Source: Chthoniobacterales bacterium (GTDB taxonomy: Bacteria; Verrucomicrobiota; Verrucomicrobiia; Chthoniobacterales; Chthoniobacteraceae). Taken from it: 64,000 nt of DNA. A program made the translations under genes and the position numbers. The notes under the pieces were generated by a model. That model was not told the DNA's origin. It worked only from the letters and a program-made list of their open reading frames with translations, and searched no databases. The first letter of the stretch is position 1, and every line of letters starts with the position of its first letter. Location of the stretch: contig JBBQZX010000028.1 in assembly GCA_038207335.1 (NCBI GenBank), forward strand, positions 1 through 64,000. The letters run 5' to 3'. Positions 28,816 through 38,654 of the stretch are shown here, one piece after another.

Positions 28816-30258
28816 ATGAATCATGCTTTTTTCAAGACTCAGACGGAGATCACGCGGCGGCACTTTTTTGGGAGATGCGGGGTGGGGCTGGGGGTGATCG
28901 CGCTGAATGAGATGCTGGCGCGGGATGGCTTCGGGGCGCGGGTGGCGATTGATCCGGCGCATCCGATGGCGCCGCGGGCACCGCACTTTCCGGCGAAGAT
29001 CAAGAATGTGATCTATTTGTTCATGGCGGGGGGGCCGAGTCAGCTCGATCTTTTCGATCATAAGCCGAAGCTGGTGGAACTGAGTGGGCAGGTGCCGCCG
29101 GCGAGCCTCATGTCGGGGAGGCGGTTCGCGTTTCTGAAGGGGAATGAGACGCTGCTGGGGAGTCCGCGGAAGTTTGAGCGGGCGGGGCAGTGCGGGATGA
29201 CGCTGAGTGAGCTGCTGCCGCATCACCGGGAGATCGCGGATGAGGTGTGCTGGTTGCAGGGGATGACGACGGATGTGTTTAATCACGGGCCGGCGAAGTT
29301 GTTTATGAATACGGGGTTCCAGAATCCGGGGCGGCCGAGTCTGGGGGCTTGGACGACGTATGGGCTGGGGAGTGAGTCGCGGGATTTGCCGGGTTTTGTG
29401 GTGATGCAGTCGGGGCCGAGGGGGCCGCGAGGGGGGAGTTCGCTGTGGAGCAGTGGGTTTTTGCCGACGTCGTTTCAGGGGGTGCCGTTTCGGAGCAGTG
29501 GGAATCCGATCTTGAATCTGCACAGTCCGGCGGGGCTGACGGTGGAGCGGGAGCGCGACTTTTATGACACGGTGGCGGCGCTGAATCGGGCGCGGCTGGA
29601 GGAGGTGGGGGACCCGGAGATCATGACGCGGATCAATGCCTACGAGGTGGCGTGCCGGATGCAGACGAGCGCGCCGGAGTTGATGGAGCTGGGGAAGGAA
29701 ACGCCCGAGACGCTGGCGCTGTATGGAGCGGAGCCGGGGGTGGCGAGTTTCGCGAATAACTGTCTGCTGGCGCGGCGGCTGGTGGAGCGCGGGACGCGCT
29801 TTGTGCAGCTCTACCATACGGACTGGGATCATCACGGGGACAAGAAGAACAACCTGAGCGATTCGATCGAGCTAAGGGCGCGGGAGGTGGATCGCGCGAG
29901 CGCGGCGCTGGTGCTGGACTTGAAGCGGCGCGGGTTGCTGGAGAGCACGCTGGTGATTTGGGGAGGGGAATTTGGGCGCACGCCGATGGGGGAAAAGCGT
30001 GAGACGCTGGGGAGGGATCATCACATCGATGCGTTCACGATGTGGATGGCGGGGGGAGGGGTGAAGCCGGGGATCTTCGGCGCGACGGATGAGCTGGGCT
30101 TCGGAGTGGTGGAGGGAAAGGTGCACGTCCACGACCTGAATGCGACGATCCTGCATCTGCTGGGCTTCGATCACGAGAAGCTGACCTATCGCTTCCAAGG
30201 TCGCGACTTTCGCCTGACGGATGTGCACGGCGAGGTGGTGAAAGACGTGCTGGCGTGA
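28816..30258 (+). CDS. DUF1501 family protein (Tat-exported, sulfatase-like)
   Basis: TRRHFF Tat motif, [29 protein letters not shown] and GRDFRLTDV. Confidence 0.92.
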   Translation: MNHAFFKTQTEITRRHFFGRCGVGLGVIALNEMLARDGFGARVAIDPAHPMAPRAPHFPAKIKNVIYLFMAGGPSQLDLFDHKPKLVELSGQVPPASLMSGRRFAFLKGNETLLGSPRKFERAGQCGMTLSELLPHHREIADEVCWLQGMTTDVFNHGPAKLFMNTGFQNPGRPSLGAWTTYGLGSESRDLPGFVVMQSGPRGPRGGSSLWSSGFLPTSFQGVPFRSSGNPILNLHSPAGLTVERERDFYDTVAALNRARLEEVGDPEIMTRINAYEVACRMQTSAPELMELGKETPETLALYGAEPGVASFANNCLLARRLVERGTRFVQLYHTDWDHHGDKKNNLSDSIELRAREVDRASAALVLDLKRRGLLESTLVIWGGEFGRTPMGEKRETLGRDHHIDAFTMWMAGGGVKPGIFGATDELGFGVVEGKVHVHDLNATILHLLGFDHEKLTYRFQGRDFRLTDVHGEVVKDVLA

Positions 30259-30266
30259 GGGCGTGA

Positions 30267-30605
30267 TTAGCTCGCAACGACCAGCGCGACGCCGCCGCTG
30301 ATGAGGAGGACGCCGAGCCAGAGGCTGGGGGTCATTTTCTCGCGGAGAAACACGGAGGCGCCGAGGAGGAGGAGGATGCGGTTCAGGGCGTCAAAGGGGT
30401 AGAGGAAGCTGAGGTTGAACTTCGAGAGGAGGCCGAGCCAGAGGAAGAAATTGAGGGCCATGACGGCGATGCCAGCGAGGAAGATGGCGAGGAATTTTGC
30501 GCGCGTCGCGGAGTCCGGGAGGGTCATGGCGCGCTTGAAGAAGAGCTGACCGGCGACAGCGCAGATTTCGCTGAGGAGGACGAGGAGAAGGTTGGCAAGG
30601 CTCAC
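30267..30605 (-). CDS. SMR/EamA-family small membrane transporter (ArnE/ArnF-like)
   Basis: The GTG overlaps the upstream stop. It reads VAGQLFFKRA..WLGLLSKFNLSFLYPF..FLREKM..GVLLISGGV and has four TMs. Confidence 0.8.
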   Translation of the reverse strand: MSLANLLLVLLSEICAVAGQLFFKRAMTLPDSATRAKFLAIFLAGIAVMALNFFLWLGLLSKFNLSFLYPFDALNRILLLLGASVFLREKMTPSLWLGVLLISGGVALVVAS

Positions 30606-31000
30606 AGCTTTTGCTCGACGCGGACGAGGGGCCGCGCGGTGACGATGACGCCGAGGACGACGAGCGTGATGCCGAGCCAGCGAAGGGGGTTGATCTTCTC
30701 GCCGAGCAGGAGCCAGCAGCTCAGCGGGACGAGGACTTGGATGAGGCCGGTGAGATTGTAGGCGACGTTCAGCGCGATGAATCGCAAGGCGTATAGCCAC
30801 GAGGTGAGGCTGCCGATATGGGCGAGGATGCCGAGCCAGACCCACGCGGAGCCGAGGCCCGCGAAGCCGAGTGTGGCGCCGTGGACCGACTCGTCGGCGC
30901 CGCGCTTGAGGAGGAGTTGCGCGGTGGCGGAGAGGAGGATGCTGACGGCAACTTGCATGTACGGACTCGCGAATCCGGTGCGCGGTGCGGGCGTCGGCAT
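30602..31000 (-). CDS. SMR/EamA-family small membrane transporter (ArnE/ArnF-like)
   Basis: AQLLLKRGA..WLYALRFIALNVAY..LLGEKINPLRWLGI. Confidence 0.82.
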   Translation of the reverse strand: MPTPAPRTGFASPYMQVAVSILLSATAQLLLKRGADESVHGATLGFAGLGSAWVWLGILAHIGSLTSWLYALRFIALNVAYNLTGLIQVLVPLSCWLLLGEKINPLRWLGITLVVLGVIVTARPLVRVEQKL

Positions 31001-31009
31001 CGGGCGCGG

Positions 31010-32197
31010 TCAGCGGAGTTCGTGCGCGTTTGGGAAGCGCGCGAGCGTGGGATCGTGGCGCGTGGGCTCGAGGTATTTGAGCGCGAATTTGAAGATGGGA
31101 TTCAGCAGCGGTGAGGTGTGCCGGGCGTAGAGGTCCTGCGGCGCGAGCGCGAGGCGGAGGTGGAGCTTCGGGTCGTAATTGAGCGGGCCGGTGTGGTAGC
31201 TCTTCACGCCATTCGCAAGGCCCCACTCAATGATGTCGCGCCAGGTGACGAAGTAGAGATGCAGGTCGAGCGCGACCGCGTAATCGAGGCCGACGCCGAG
31301 GTCGTGCAGCTCGCCGTCGTGCACGAGGCAGAGGCTGAATGCGACGAGCTTTCCATTTTGCCGCCAGAGGAAAAAGCGCGCGCGCTCGGGCATGAGCGCG
31401 CCGATCATTTTGAAGTAATCGGGGGTGAGCTTTTCAAACTGCAAATGCGAGCGCTCGAAGGTCTGGAGGTAGAGCGGGTAGAGTTCGTCGAGGAACGGCG
31501 CGGCGTCGCTGACGACCTCCATCTCGAGCGGCGCGGCGGTGGTGAGGGCCTTGAATTTACGCCGCAGGTTTTTGCGGAAAACTTTGCTCAGCCGCGTCTG
31601 CATGTATTCCTCGAAACTCGCGAACTCGAGGCGCAGCGTGGCGCCCGGCATCGACGGGACGCGGCGGTATCCATTGGTCGAAAACGGACGGAGTGGCTCG
31701 CGATATTCCGACGGGAAATCTTTCAGCAAAACGACGGATGCGCCGGCGTGCCGCATGTAGAGATCGAGCGCGGCGTGGAGGCACTCGACCGCCCACGGAG
31801 CGAGCGTGTGCAGGTGGCCTTCGCCGGCGGAGCAGCCGACCATGAGCATCCGCATTTTCAAAAAGCGCGGCCATCTGCGGCGCACGGCGGCGAAGGTGTC
31901 GCGGATGCGCGCGGGGAGGCCAGTGGTCAGGTCTTGATCGACGAAAAAGAACGGTTGGATCGCGACCTCGCCGGTGCCGTGATTTTCAAGGACGAAGTAA
32001 CGATGGTCGAACTGCGCGCTGAGTGTCTGCTCGGCGACCTCGTAATAGCGCAGGTCTTTGCAATGCTGTGCGAATGCGCGGGTGCGGCGCTCGGGCGCGA
32101 TTTCGGAAATGGAGCGGATTACGGAGGCGCGCCCGAACGGTGTTTCCGCCGCGGGAAAATCGTGGCCGGTGCTGCGGGGAGACTCAGATGTGGGCAC
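31010..32197 (-). CDS. GNAT-fold / FemAB-like (peptidoglycan biosynthesis/recognition-type) transferase
   Basis: FASFEEYM..RKNLRRK, LYLQT..FEKLTPDYF, GKLVAFSL, GLDYAVA..LYF and GPLNYDPKLHL. Confidence 0.75.
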   Translation of the reverse strand: MPTSESPRSTGHDFPAAETPFGRASVIRSISEIAPERRTRAFAQHCKDLRYYEVAEQTLSAQFDHRYFVLENHGTGEVAIQPFFFVDQDLTTGLPARIRDTFAAVRRRWPRFLKMRMLMVGCSAGEGHLHTLAPWAVECLHAALDLYMRHAGASVVLLKDFPSEYREPLRPFSTNGYRRVPSMPGATLRLEFASFEEYMQTRLSKVFRKNLRRKFKALTTAAPLEMEVVSDAAPFLDELYPLYLQTFERSHLQFEKLTPDYFKMIGALMPERARFFLWRQNGKLVAFSLCLVHDGELHDLGVGLDYAVALDLHLYFVTWRDIIEWGLANGVKSYHTGPLNYDPKLHLRLALAPQDLYARHTSPLLNPIFKFALKYLEPTRHDPTLARFPNAHELR

Positions 32198-32286
32198 GGG
32201 ATTGATGGACGCGAATGATGAGAATTTCGGGCGCGGATTGAAATGCCGTTTGTGCCGCGGAAAGCCACTCGTAAAATCGCAGGCAC

Positions 32287-32733
32287 ATGCAAACTCGCTC
32301 GTCTCGGACTTGGTTTCTGTTTTCGGTCGCAGCTTGGATGCCGGTTGTGGCAGCCGTCGCGCTGTTATTTTCGAGCGGCGGGGCGAGTGCCGCCGGCGAT
32401 CATGGGATCACCGAGAAGTCTGTGCCGGCGGATGTTTTCGCGGAGATGAGCCGCAAGTTTTTGCCGGAGAAAGCGCGGGGTGTTCATGCGCGATATTTGT
32501 TCGACCTGAGCGGGCCGAACGGCGGGAAATGGTGGATCACGGTCGATGACGGCGCATTCAAAATGGGACGCGGTAATTTGGAAAAGCCGGACGTGGTGAT
32601 CGCGACAAGCGACCAGGATTGGGTGCGACTATCGACCGGTTCGCTCGGCGGCACGCGCGCGTTTTTGACAGGCCGCCTGAAGTTCCAAGGTGACCGCGGG
32701 CTGGCTCACAAATTGGATGAGTTTTTCCCGTAG
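32287..32733 (+). CDS. SCP2 sterol/lipid-binding domain protein with an N-terminal signal peptide
   Basis: YLFDLSGPNGGKWWITV..PDVVI..DW..AFLTGRLKFQGD..LA, preceded by a hydrophobic segment ending in ASA. Confidence 0.85.
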   Translation: MQTRSSRTWFLFSVAAWMPVVAAVALLFSSGGASAAGDHGITEKSVPADVFAEMSRKFLPEKARGVHARYLFDLSGPNGGKWWITVDDGAFKMGRGNLEKPDVVIATSDQDWVRLSTGSLGGTRAFLTGRLKFQGDRGLAHKLDEFFP

Positions 32734-32734
32734 A

Positions 32735-33466
32735 TCACCACGGGACGGGCTTGCGGGCGTTGAAGAAGCCGCCGGTCGGGCCGTCGGAGGGCAGTGTCGC
32801 GAGCCAGACTGCGGTGTCCGCGCCGTCGGCGGCGGTGTGCGGCGCGCTGTCGCCGCCGAGGTCGGTGCGGCACCAGTCGGGGTCGGCGGAGTTGACCTTG
32901 ATCGGTGTGCCTCGCAGCTCGTGGGCGAGGATCACGGTGAAGGCGTTCAGTGCGGTTTTGGACGCGTTGTAGCCGAGTGGCTTTACGTCAGCGAACGACC
33001 ACGTCGGGTCGCTGTTTTGCGTGAGGGAGCCGAGGCCGCTGGAGAGATTCACGATGCGCCCGGCGTCGCTGAGGCGGAGCAGCGGAAGCAAGCCCTGAGT
33101 CACGGCGATGGCGCCGAAAAAATTCGTGTCGAAGACTTCGTGGATGATGTCGAGTGGCGTCTCGCTTGGCTTGATGGACATGTCATGTCCGATGCCCGCG
33201 TTGTTCACGAGGATGTCGAGCCGGCCATATTCAGCGGTGATGTGTTTCCGGGCGCGTTTGATCGAAGGCTCGTGCGTCACGTCGAGGATAAGCGCGTGCG
33301 CGTCGATCCCTTCACCGGCGAGCTTTTCCGCGGCTTCGAGTCCCTTCGATTTGCTGCGTGCGCCGATGATGACGGTTGCGCCTTGCACGCCGAGTTGCCG
33401 CGCGATTTCGAAGCCGATCCCTTTGTTTGCGCCGGTCACAAGCGCGATACGATTGGTTGGTGTCAT
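32735..33466 (-). CDS. SDR-family oxidoreductase (carbonyl reductase-like)
   Basis: TGANKGIG, LVNNAGI, VNLSS and YNASK. Confidence 0.93.
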   Translation of the reverse strand: MTPTNRIALVTGANKGIGFEIARQLGVQGATVIIGARSKSKGLEAAEKLAGEGIDAHALILDVTHEPSIKRARKHITAEYGRLDILVNNAGIGHDMSIKPSETPLDIIHEVFDTNFFGAIAVTQGLLPLLRLSDAGRIVNLSSGLGSLTQNSDPTWSFADVKPLGYNASKTALNAFTVILAHELRGTPIKVNSADPDWCRTDLGGDSAPHTAADGADTAVWLATLPSDGPTGGFFNARKPVPW

Positions 33467-33491
33467 AAAAATTCGCCGCCGCGTTTGCGCT

Positions 33492-33956
33492 CTACGCTTC
33501 GCTTTCGCCCTGCTCGCCGCCCTCCTCGAGGTTCTTCAAAACATCGGCGCGATCCTCGACTTCATCCCAGACCTCGCGGCTCACATAGATCGGCGCGCTT
33601 TGCGAAATGGCGAGCGCGAGGCAGTCGCTTGGTCGCCCGTCGAGTTCGATGATTTTCTTTTCAAAGACCTCGTTCTCCGCGCTGATGATAAGCCGCGCGA
33701 AATAGGTCTCGCTCTTGAGGTCGTTGATGATGACGCGCTCCACTTTCGCGCCGAGCGCAGTCATCAAGTGCCCCATGAGATCGTGCGTGAGCGGGCGCTC
33801 TTTTGGCGTGCTGTTGATGAACATCGTGATCGCCGCACCGACACTTTCATCCACGTAAATCACGAACACTTTTTCATCGTTCCCGATGAAAACCGCGCGG
33901 CCCGAATTGAACGGAAGGACGGCTCTCACCTGCACCTGGATGACCGGTTTGCTCAT
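33492..33956 (-). CDS. Bifunctional nuclease family protein (DUF151)
   Basis: RPLTHDL, YFARL, DGRPSDCLALA and PIYV. Confidence 0.9.
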   Translation of the reverse strand: MSKPVIQVQVRAVLPFNSGRAVFIGNDEKVFVIYVDESVGAAITMFINSTPKERPLTHDLMGHLMTALGAKVERVIINDLKSETYFARLIISAENEVFEKKIIELDGRPSDCLALAISQSAPIYVSREVWDEVEDRADVLKNLEEGGEQGESEA

Positions 33957-34098
33957 GTGCATCGCACGATAGGGGCCGGTGCGCGGATTGACAAGATGGT
34001 CGCTGCCGAGAGCGCGCGTCCTGTGCAACTTCGTGAGCGCGCACGGTTTGCCGTGACCGGGTTTGACTCCGCGCGAGGGAGTTCGCATTTTCGTCGCG

Positions 34099-35748
34099 AT
34101 GCTTTTTCCCCGTCTTGCAGTAGTTGCTTTATTCTCTGCCGCGGTGACCGGCGCCTCCGTTGCGGCGACGGCCCCATCGGCCTCTGCGCTTGATCGCGGG
34201 GCGAAAATCTACGCGGAAAAATGTGTCATTTGCCATCAGCCGAGCGGGCAGGGCGTGCCGCCGGTCTATCCTCCGCTCGCAGGTTCGGACTGGCTGAAAG
34301 CGGATCGGGAGCGGACGCTGAAAGTCCTGTGCGAAGGGCTTTCCGGGCGGATCGTGGTGAATGGGCAGGCGTATGAAAACGTGATGCCCGCGCAGATTCT
34401 CGATGACGCGGAAGTTGCAGCCGTTCTCAATTTCGTCACGAGTTCATGGGGCAAATCGCGGCCGGAATTCACGGGAGTGGAGGTCGCGGCTGCGCGTGAA
34501 AAATCGCAGTTCAAGACTTACGCGGAACTCGTGAAAGCGGCGTCGTTTCAGCCGCTGCCGAAGCCGCCTGTGGGTTGGACATTGCACGAGATTGCGCGGC
34601 TGCCGGAATTCTGCGTGCGGCTCGCTGGCGGTGAAAAGCAGGTCTATGCGCTCGCGCAAAGTGGGGGCGTTTACACGCTCGATTTTGTGAGTGGTGCGGT
34701 TGGGCAAATCTTCAAGTCCGCCGACTATATCGACGCGACTCGTGGCGACTTCGTGGCGCTTGGTATCACGCTCGATCGCGAGGGGCGGCTCTGGATCGTG
34801 ACGAATCAGAACCTCACCAAAGACGTGCCTGTCTACACGAACGAGGTCGTGATCTGGCGCAGCAATTCGCTGGCCGATGGGCATCCGCTCAAGCTGCAGC
34901 CTTGGTTCACCACGACCTATCCGCGCGGAGTCGGTGGGATGAATCACGGCGTGAGCAATCTCGCGTTTGGTCCTGATGGAAAGCTCTACGTCAGCAGCGG
35001 CTCGCGCACGGATGGCGGTGAATCGAGCAACGATCCGCATTATTTCGGCGGCGGGGAAGTCGATCACACATCGTGCATCTGGCGTCTCGATCCTGCATCT
35101 GAGAAGCCCGAAATCGAGGTGATCGCCCGCGGGATTCGAAATCCGTTCGGCTTTGCCTGGGACGATGCGGGCCGGCTCTTCAGCGTTGCGAATGGTCCCG
35201 ATGCGAGTCCTGCGGAGGAGATGGATTTCATCGAGCCGGGGCGGCACTACGGCTTCCCGTATCAGTTCTCCGACTGGCCCGTGAAACCGGGCGTGCCTTA
35301 CGCCCACACGCCACCGCCACCGCCGGAAATCGTCTTCACTTTGCCCGTCAAAAACCTCGGTCCCTCCGCAGGAGGTTCGTCCGAAAAGCCGCTCTCCACA
35401 TTCGATCCGCACTCCTCACCAGCAGGCATGATCTGGTGCGGCGCGGACTATCCAGAGCCGCTTCGCAACGGCTTTCTCGTCACGCGATTTGGCAACTTGC
35501 TTGGCCCTCCCGCTGCGCCTGAGGACGTTGGCTTCGACGTACTCTCGATGCATCTGGAGAAGAACGCCGAAGGAGAATGGCAGGCGCACACAACGACTGT
35601 GCTGGCGCCGCTTGGTCGTCCGATCGATGTGCTCGCGCTCGGCGGCGGCCGCGTGCTGGTGCTCGAATACACGCGCCCGTTGACTTTCAAAGACAGGCTC
35701 GGCTGGCTCCCCGGCCGCATCCTCGAACTTGCGCCCGACGCCAAGTGA
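34099..35748 (+). CDS. Exported c-type cytochrome fused to a glucose/sorbosone-dehydrogenase-like beta-propeller
   Basis: Signal peptide, CVICH..PPLAGSDW..MP, HGVSNLAFGPDGKLYVSSG, GIRNPFG and HSSPAGM. Confidence 0.8.
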   Translation: MLFPRLAVVALFSAAVTGASVAATAPSASALDRGAKIYAEKCVICHQPSGQGVPPVYPPLAGSDWLKADRERTLKVLCEGLSGRIVVNGQAYENVMPAQILDDAEVAAVLNFVTSSWGKSRPEFTGVEVAAAREKSQFKTYAELVKAASFQPLPKPPVGWTLHEIARLPEFCVRLAGGEKQVYALAQSGGVYTLDFVSGAVGQIFKSADYIDATRGDFVALGITLDREGRLWIVTNQNLTKDVPVYTNEVVIWRSNSLADGHPLKLQPWFTTTYPRGVGGMNHGVSNLAFGPDGKLYVSSGSRTDGGESSNDPHYFGGGEVDHTSCIWRLDPASEKPEIEVIARGIRNPFGFAWDDAGRLFSVANGPDASPAEEMDFIEPGRHYGFPYQFSDWPVKPGVPYAHTPPPPPEIVFTLPVKNLGPSAGGSSEKPLSTFDPHSSPAGMIWCGADYPEPLRNGFLVTRFGNLLGPPAAPEDVGFDVLSMHLEKNAEGEWQAHTTTVLAPLGRPIDVLALGGGRVLVLEYTRPLTFKDRLGWLPGRILELAPDAK

Positions 35749-36161
35749 TTCCCACCCGACACAGCTCGCATCGCCGCACGGGAAAGCGTCTGCTTGCTGT
35801 CGTCTTGCTGCTCGTCATCGGCGGCGATGCCCTGTTTTGGGGCTATGTCGTGCATCCGATGAATACATGGCCGGCGCTTCGCGGTCTGGTCGTCGGAGAT
35901 GCTCTCGCATCGATCGCGGTCGCCGCTTCGCTCTACCGGCGCCACTCGTGGTCGCGCTACGTTTTCATCTTTTTGCAGGGATTGATTGGCGCGATTTTCA
36001 GCGCCGCTTTCTTTTTCGCGTTCAGCAAGCCCTACCTCATCGAGAAATTGCCATTCGCCCATTTGACCGCGGGGCTGCTCCTGCACGCTGGCGCTCTCGC
36101 GATTCTGGTGTGTTCGCGCGGCATCTCGCGCCTCTCGCGGCCCTCGGGGAGCGGTGGGTAA
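35745..36161 (+). CDS. Hypothetical four-TM membrane protein
   Basis: GTGA overlap with the upstream stop and hydrophobic segments. Confidence 0.6.
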   Translation: MIPTRHSSHRRTGKRLLAVVLLLVIGGDALFWGYVVHPMNTWPALRGLVVGDALASIAVAASLYRRHSWSRYVFIFLQGLIGAIFSAAFFFAFSKPYLIEKLPFAHLTAGLLLHAGALAILVCSRGISRLSRPSGSGG

Positions 36162-36173
36162 AATCGCACGACG

Positions 36174-36509
36174 ATGCCAGCCGACGCCTCTTCCGATTCC
36201 GGTGAACTTGCGGCGCGCATGGCGGCGGACCTCGCGGAGATTGCACGCACACACATGCCATTCGGAAAATTCGGGCCGTCGTTTTTGCCGCCGCGCGGCG
36301 TGCCGATCTACGACTTGCCGGTCGAGTATCTGGGCTGGTTTGCGGGCAAAGGAGGATTCCCGCGCGGTCGCCTCGGCGAGTTGCTGCGGATGGTTCATCA
36401 GATGAAAGTGGACGGCGCGGATTTCGCATTCGACGCGATGCGCCGGCAATCCGGTGGACGAACACCGCTGCGAATGTCGGTCGGCGGAGCGGAGCATTTT
36501 TTTAAATGA
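36174..36509 (+). CDS. DUF3820 family protein
   Basis: MPFGKFG..IYDLPVEYLGWF..GFPRGRLGELL..KVDG. Confidence 0.85.
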   Translation: MPADASSDSGELAARMAADLAEIARTHMPFGKFGPSFLPPRGVPIYDLPVEYLGWFAGKGGFPRGRLGELLRMVHQMKVDGADFAFDAMRRQSGGRTPLRMSVGGAEHFFK

Positions 36510-37342
36510 TGTCGTTGGTGGAAAGTGCCGCACCGCCGATTCCGCCAGTCGCTTTATGCACGCGACGGCAGGCGATTCGGACTGCGGCGGCGTTGGCGAT
36601 TGCGCCGAGTTTTGGCCTTCGCGCATTTGCGGGGAGTACGAGCAAGGACTTCGATTTCGTCGTAGCAAACGATCTGCATTATCGCGATGCGCGATGCGCG
36701 GATTGGCTGGAGCGGGTGATTGCGCGGATGCGGGCGTTGCGTCCGGCACCGCTGTTTTGCGTGCTCGATGGCGATCTTTCGGACACCGGCACGAGTGAGC
36801 AACTCGGCGCGGTACATGAGCTTTTTCGCACGCTCTCGATGGCGGTTCGGCCGGTGATTGGGAATCACGACTACACGGAGCGCGGGGATCGCGGCGCGTA
36901 TGAGCGGATTTTCGGCGCGAAGCTGAATGCGCGCTTCGAGCACGGAGGTTGGCAATTTCTCGCGGTCGATACGACTCAGGCTCGCAGTGTCTATCGCACG
37001 CGCATCGGGGATGAGACGCTCGGCTGGCTCGATCGCACACTGCCCGATGTGTCGCGTCGGAAGCCGGTTGTCGTGCTGACGCATTTTCCGTTAGGACGAA
37101 ATTGGCTCCGCCCGCGTAACGCCAAAGCCGTGCTCGCGCGGCTGGGAGAACACGATTTGCGCGCGGTCTTAAGCGGGCACTGGCACGGAATCACCGAGCG
37201 CGTGAGCGATGGCGCGCATCTTTCCACGGGGCGCTGCTGCTCGTGGTGGCGCACCAATCACGACGGCTCACTGCTCAAAGGCTTTACGCTCTGTCGCGTG
37301 CGCGACGGGCGCGTGGCGCATGAATTCGTGGCGGTCGCCTAA
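36506..37342 (+). CDS. Tat-exported calcineurin-like metallophosphoesterase
   Basis: TRRQAI, NDLH, GDLSD, GNHD, THFP and SGHWH. Confidence 0.9.
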   Translation: MMSLVESAAPPIPPVALCTRRQAIRTAAALAIAPSFGLRAFAGSTSKDFDFVVANDLHYRDARCADWLERVIARMRALRPAPLFCVLDGDLSDTGTSEQLGAVHELFRTLSMAVRPVIGNHDYTERGDRGAYERIFGAKLNARFEHGGWQFLAVDTTQARSVYRTRIGDETLGWLDRTLPDVSRRKPVVVLTHFPLGRNWLRPRNAKAVLARLGEHDLRAVLSGHWHGITERVSDGAHLSTGRCCSWWRTNHDGSLLKGFTLCRVRDGRVAHEFVAVA

Positions 37343-37347
37343 GTGAA

Positions 37348-38613
37348 TCAGCCGCGGATTTGGCCGGTGCCTCGGAGGAGATATTTGTAGGTGGTGAGCT
37401 CTTCGAGGGCCATGGGGCCGCGGGCGTGGAGCTTGTCGGTGCTGATGCCGATCTCGGCTCCGAAGCCGAATTCGGCTCCATCGGTGAAGCGCGTGGAGGC
37501 GTTCCAATAGACGGTGGCGCTATCGATTTCACGGAGGAAGCGCTCGGCGTTTTCTTCGTCGGCGGTGACGATTCCGTCGCTGTGGTGGGAGCCGTGTTCC
37601 TCGATGTGGGCGATGGCTTCGTCGAGGTCATCGACGACTTTCGCGGCGAGGATAAGGTCGAGGAATTCGGTGCGAAAGTCGGCCTCAGTGGCTGCGGTGG
37701 CACGCTCGGCACCGAGCAGTTTCACGACGCTTTCGTCGCCGCGAATCTCGACTTTTTTCTCCAAAAGCGCGGCGCCAGTAGTGGCGAAGAAACGCTCGGC
37801 GATGGCGCGATGGACGAGGACGGTCTCGACGGCGTTGCACACGCCGGGGCGCTGGCATTTGGCGTTGAGGACGATGTCGCGCGCCATGTCGAGGTCGGCG
37901 TGCTCGTCGATGTAGAGGATGCAGATGCCGTCGTAGTGCTTGATGACGGGCATGCGGGCGTGGCTGACGACGGTTTCGATGAGCCCTTTTCCGCCGCGCG
38001 GGACGATGACGTCGAGGAACTGATCCATCTGGCAGAGATGGCGGACGGCGTCGCGATCGGTGGTGGGGATGAGAAGGACGCTGTCGGCGGGGAGGCCGGC
38101 GCGCGCGGCTCCGGCGCTGAGGGCGGCGGCGATGGCGACGTTCGAGTGGATGGACTCGGAGCCGCCGCGGAGGATGGTGGCGTTGCCGGTTTTCGTGCAG
38201 AGGACGGCGGCGTCGCTGGTGACGTTGGGGCGGGACTCGTAGATGATGCCGATGACGCCGATGGGGACGCGGATTTTGCTGATGCGGAGGCCGTTCGGAC
38301 GCGTCCAGGCTTTGATGATTTCGCCGACGGGGTCGGGGAGTTCGGCGACTTGGCGGATGCCGTCGGCCATGGCTGCGAGGCGCTTTGGGTCAAGGGCGAG
38401 GCGCTCGAGCATGGCGCCGGAAATGCCCGCGGCTTTCGCGCCTTCGATGTCTTTCGAGTTCGCGGAAAGGATCGGGGTTTCGGCGGCGAGGAGTTCGTCG
38501 GCCATGCCGCGGAGGCCGGCGTTCTTTTGCTCGGAGCTCGCGCGGGCGAGGACTCGCGAGGCGGCGCGGGCGCGGCGGCCGAAGTCGAGGATTTGGGTTT
38601 GAAGGTCAGACAT
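37348..38613 (-). CDS. proA: Gamma-glutamyl phosphate reductase
   Basis: VPIGVIGIIYESRPNVT, CNAVET and NASTRFTDGAEFGFGAEIGIST.KLHARGPM. Confidence 0.97.
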   Translation of the reverse strand: MSDLQTQILDFGRRARAASRVLARASSEQKNAGLRGMADELLAAETPILSANSKDIEGAKAAGISGAMLERLALDPKRLAAMADGIRQVAELPDPVGEIIKAWTRPNGLRISKIRVPIGVIGIIYESRPNVTSDAAVLCTKTGNATILRGGSESIHSNVAIAAALSAGAARAGLPADSVLLIPTTDRDAVRHLCQMDQFLDVIVPRGGKGLIETVVSHARMPVIKHYDGICILYIDEHADLDMARDIVLNAKCQRPGVCNAVETVLVHRAIAERFFATTGAALLEKKVEIRGDESVVKLLGAERATAATEADFRTEFLDLILAAKVVDDLDEAIAHIEEHGSHHSDGIVTADEENAERFLREIDSATVYWNASTRFTDGAEFGFGAEIGISTDKLHARGPMALEELTTYKYLLRGTGQIRG

Positions 38614-38654
38614 GGCGAGACGGGTTCTGTAATTCGCGGCGGCCGCGGTGCGCG

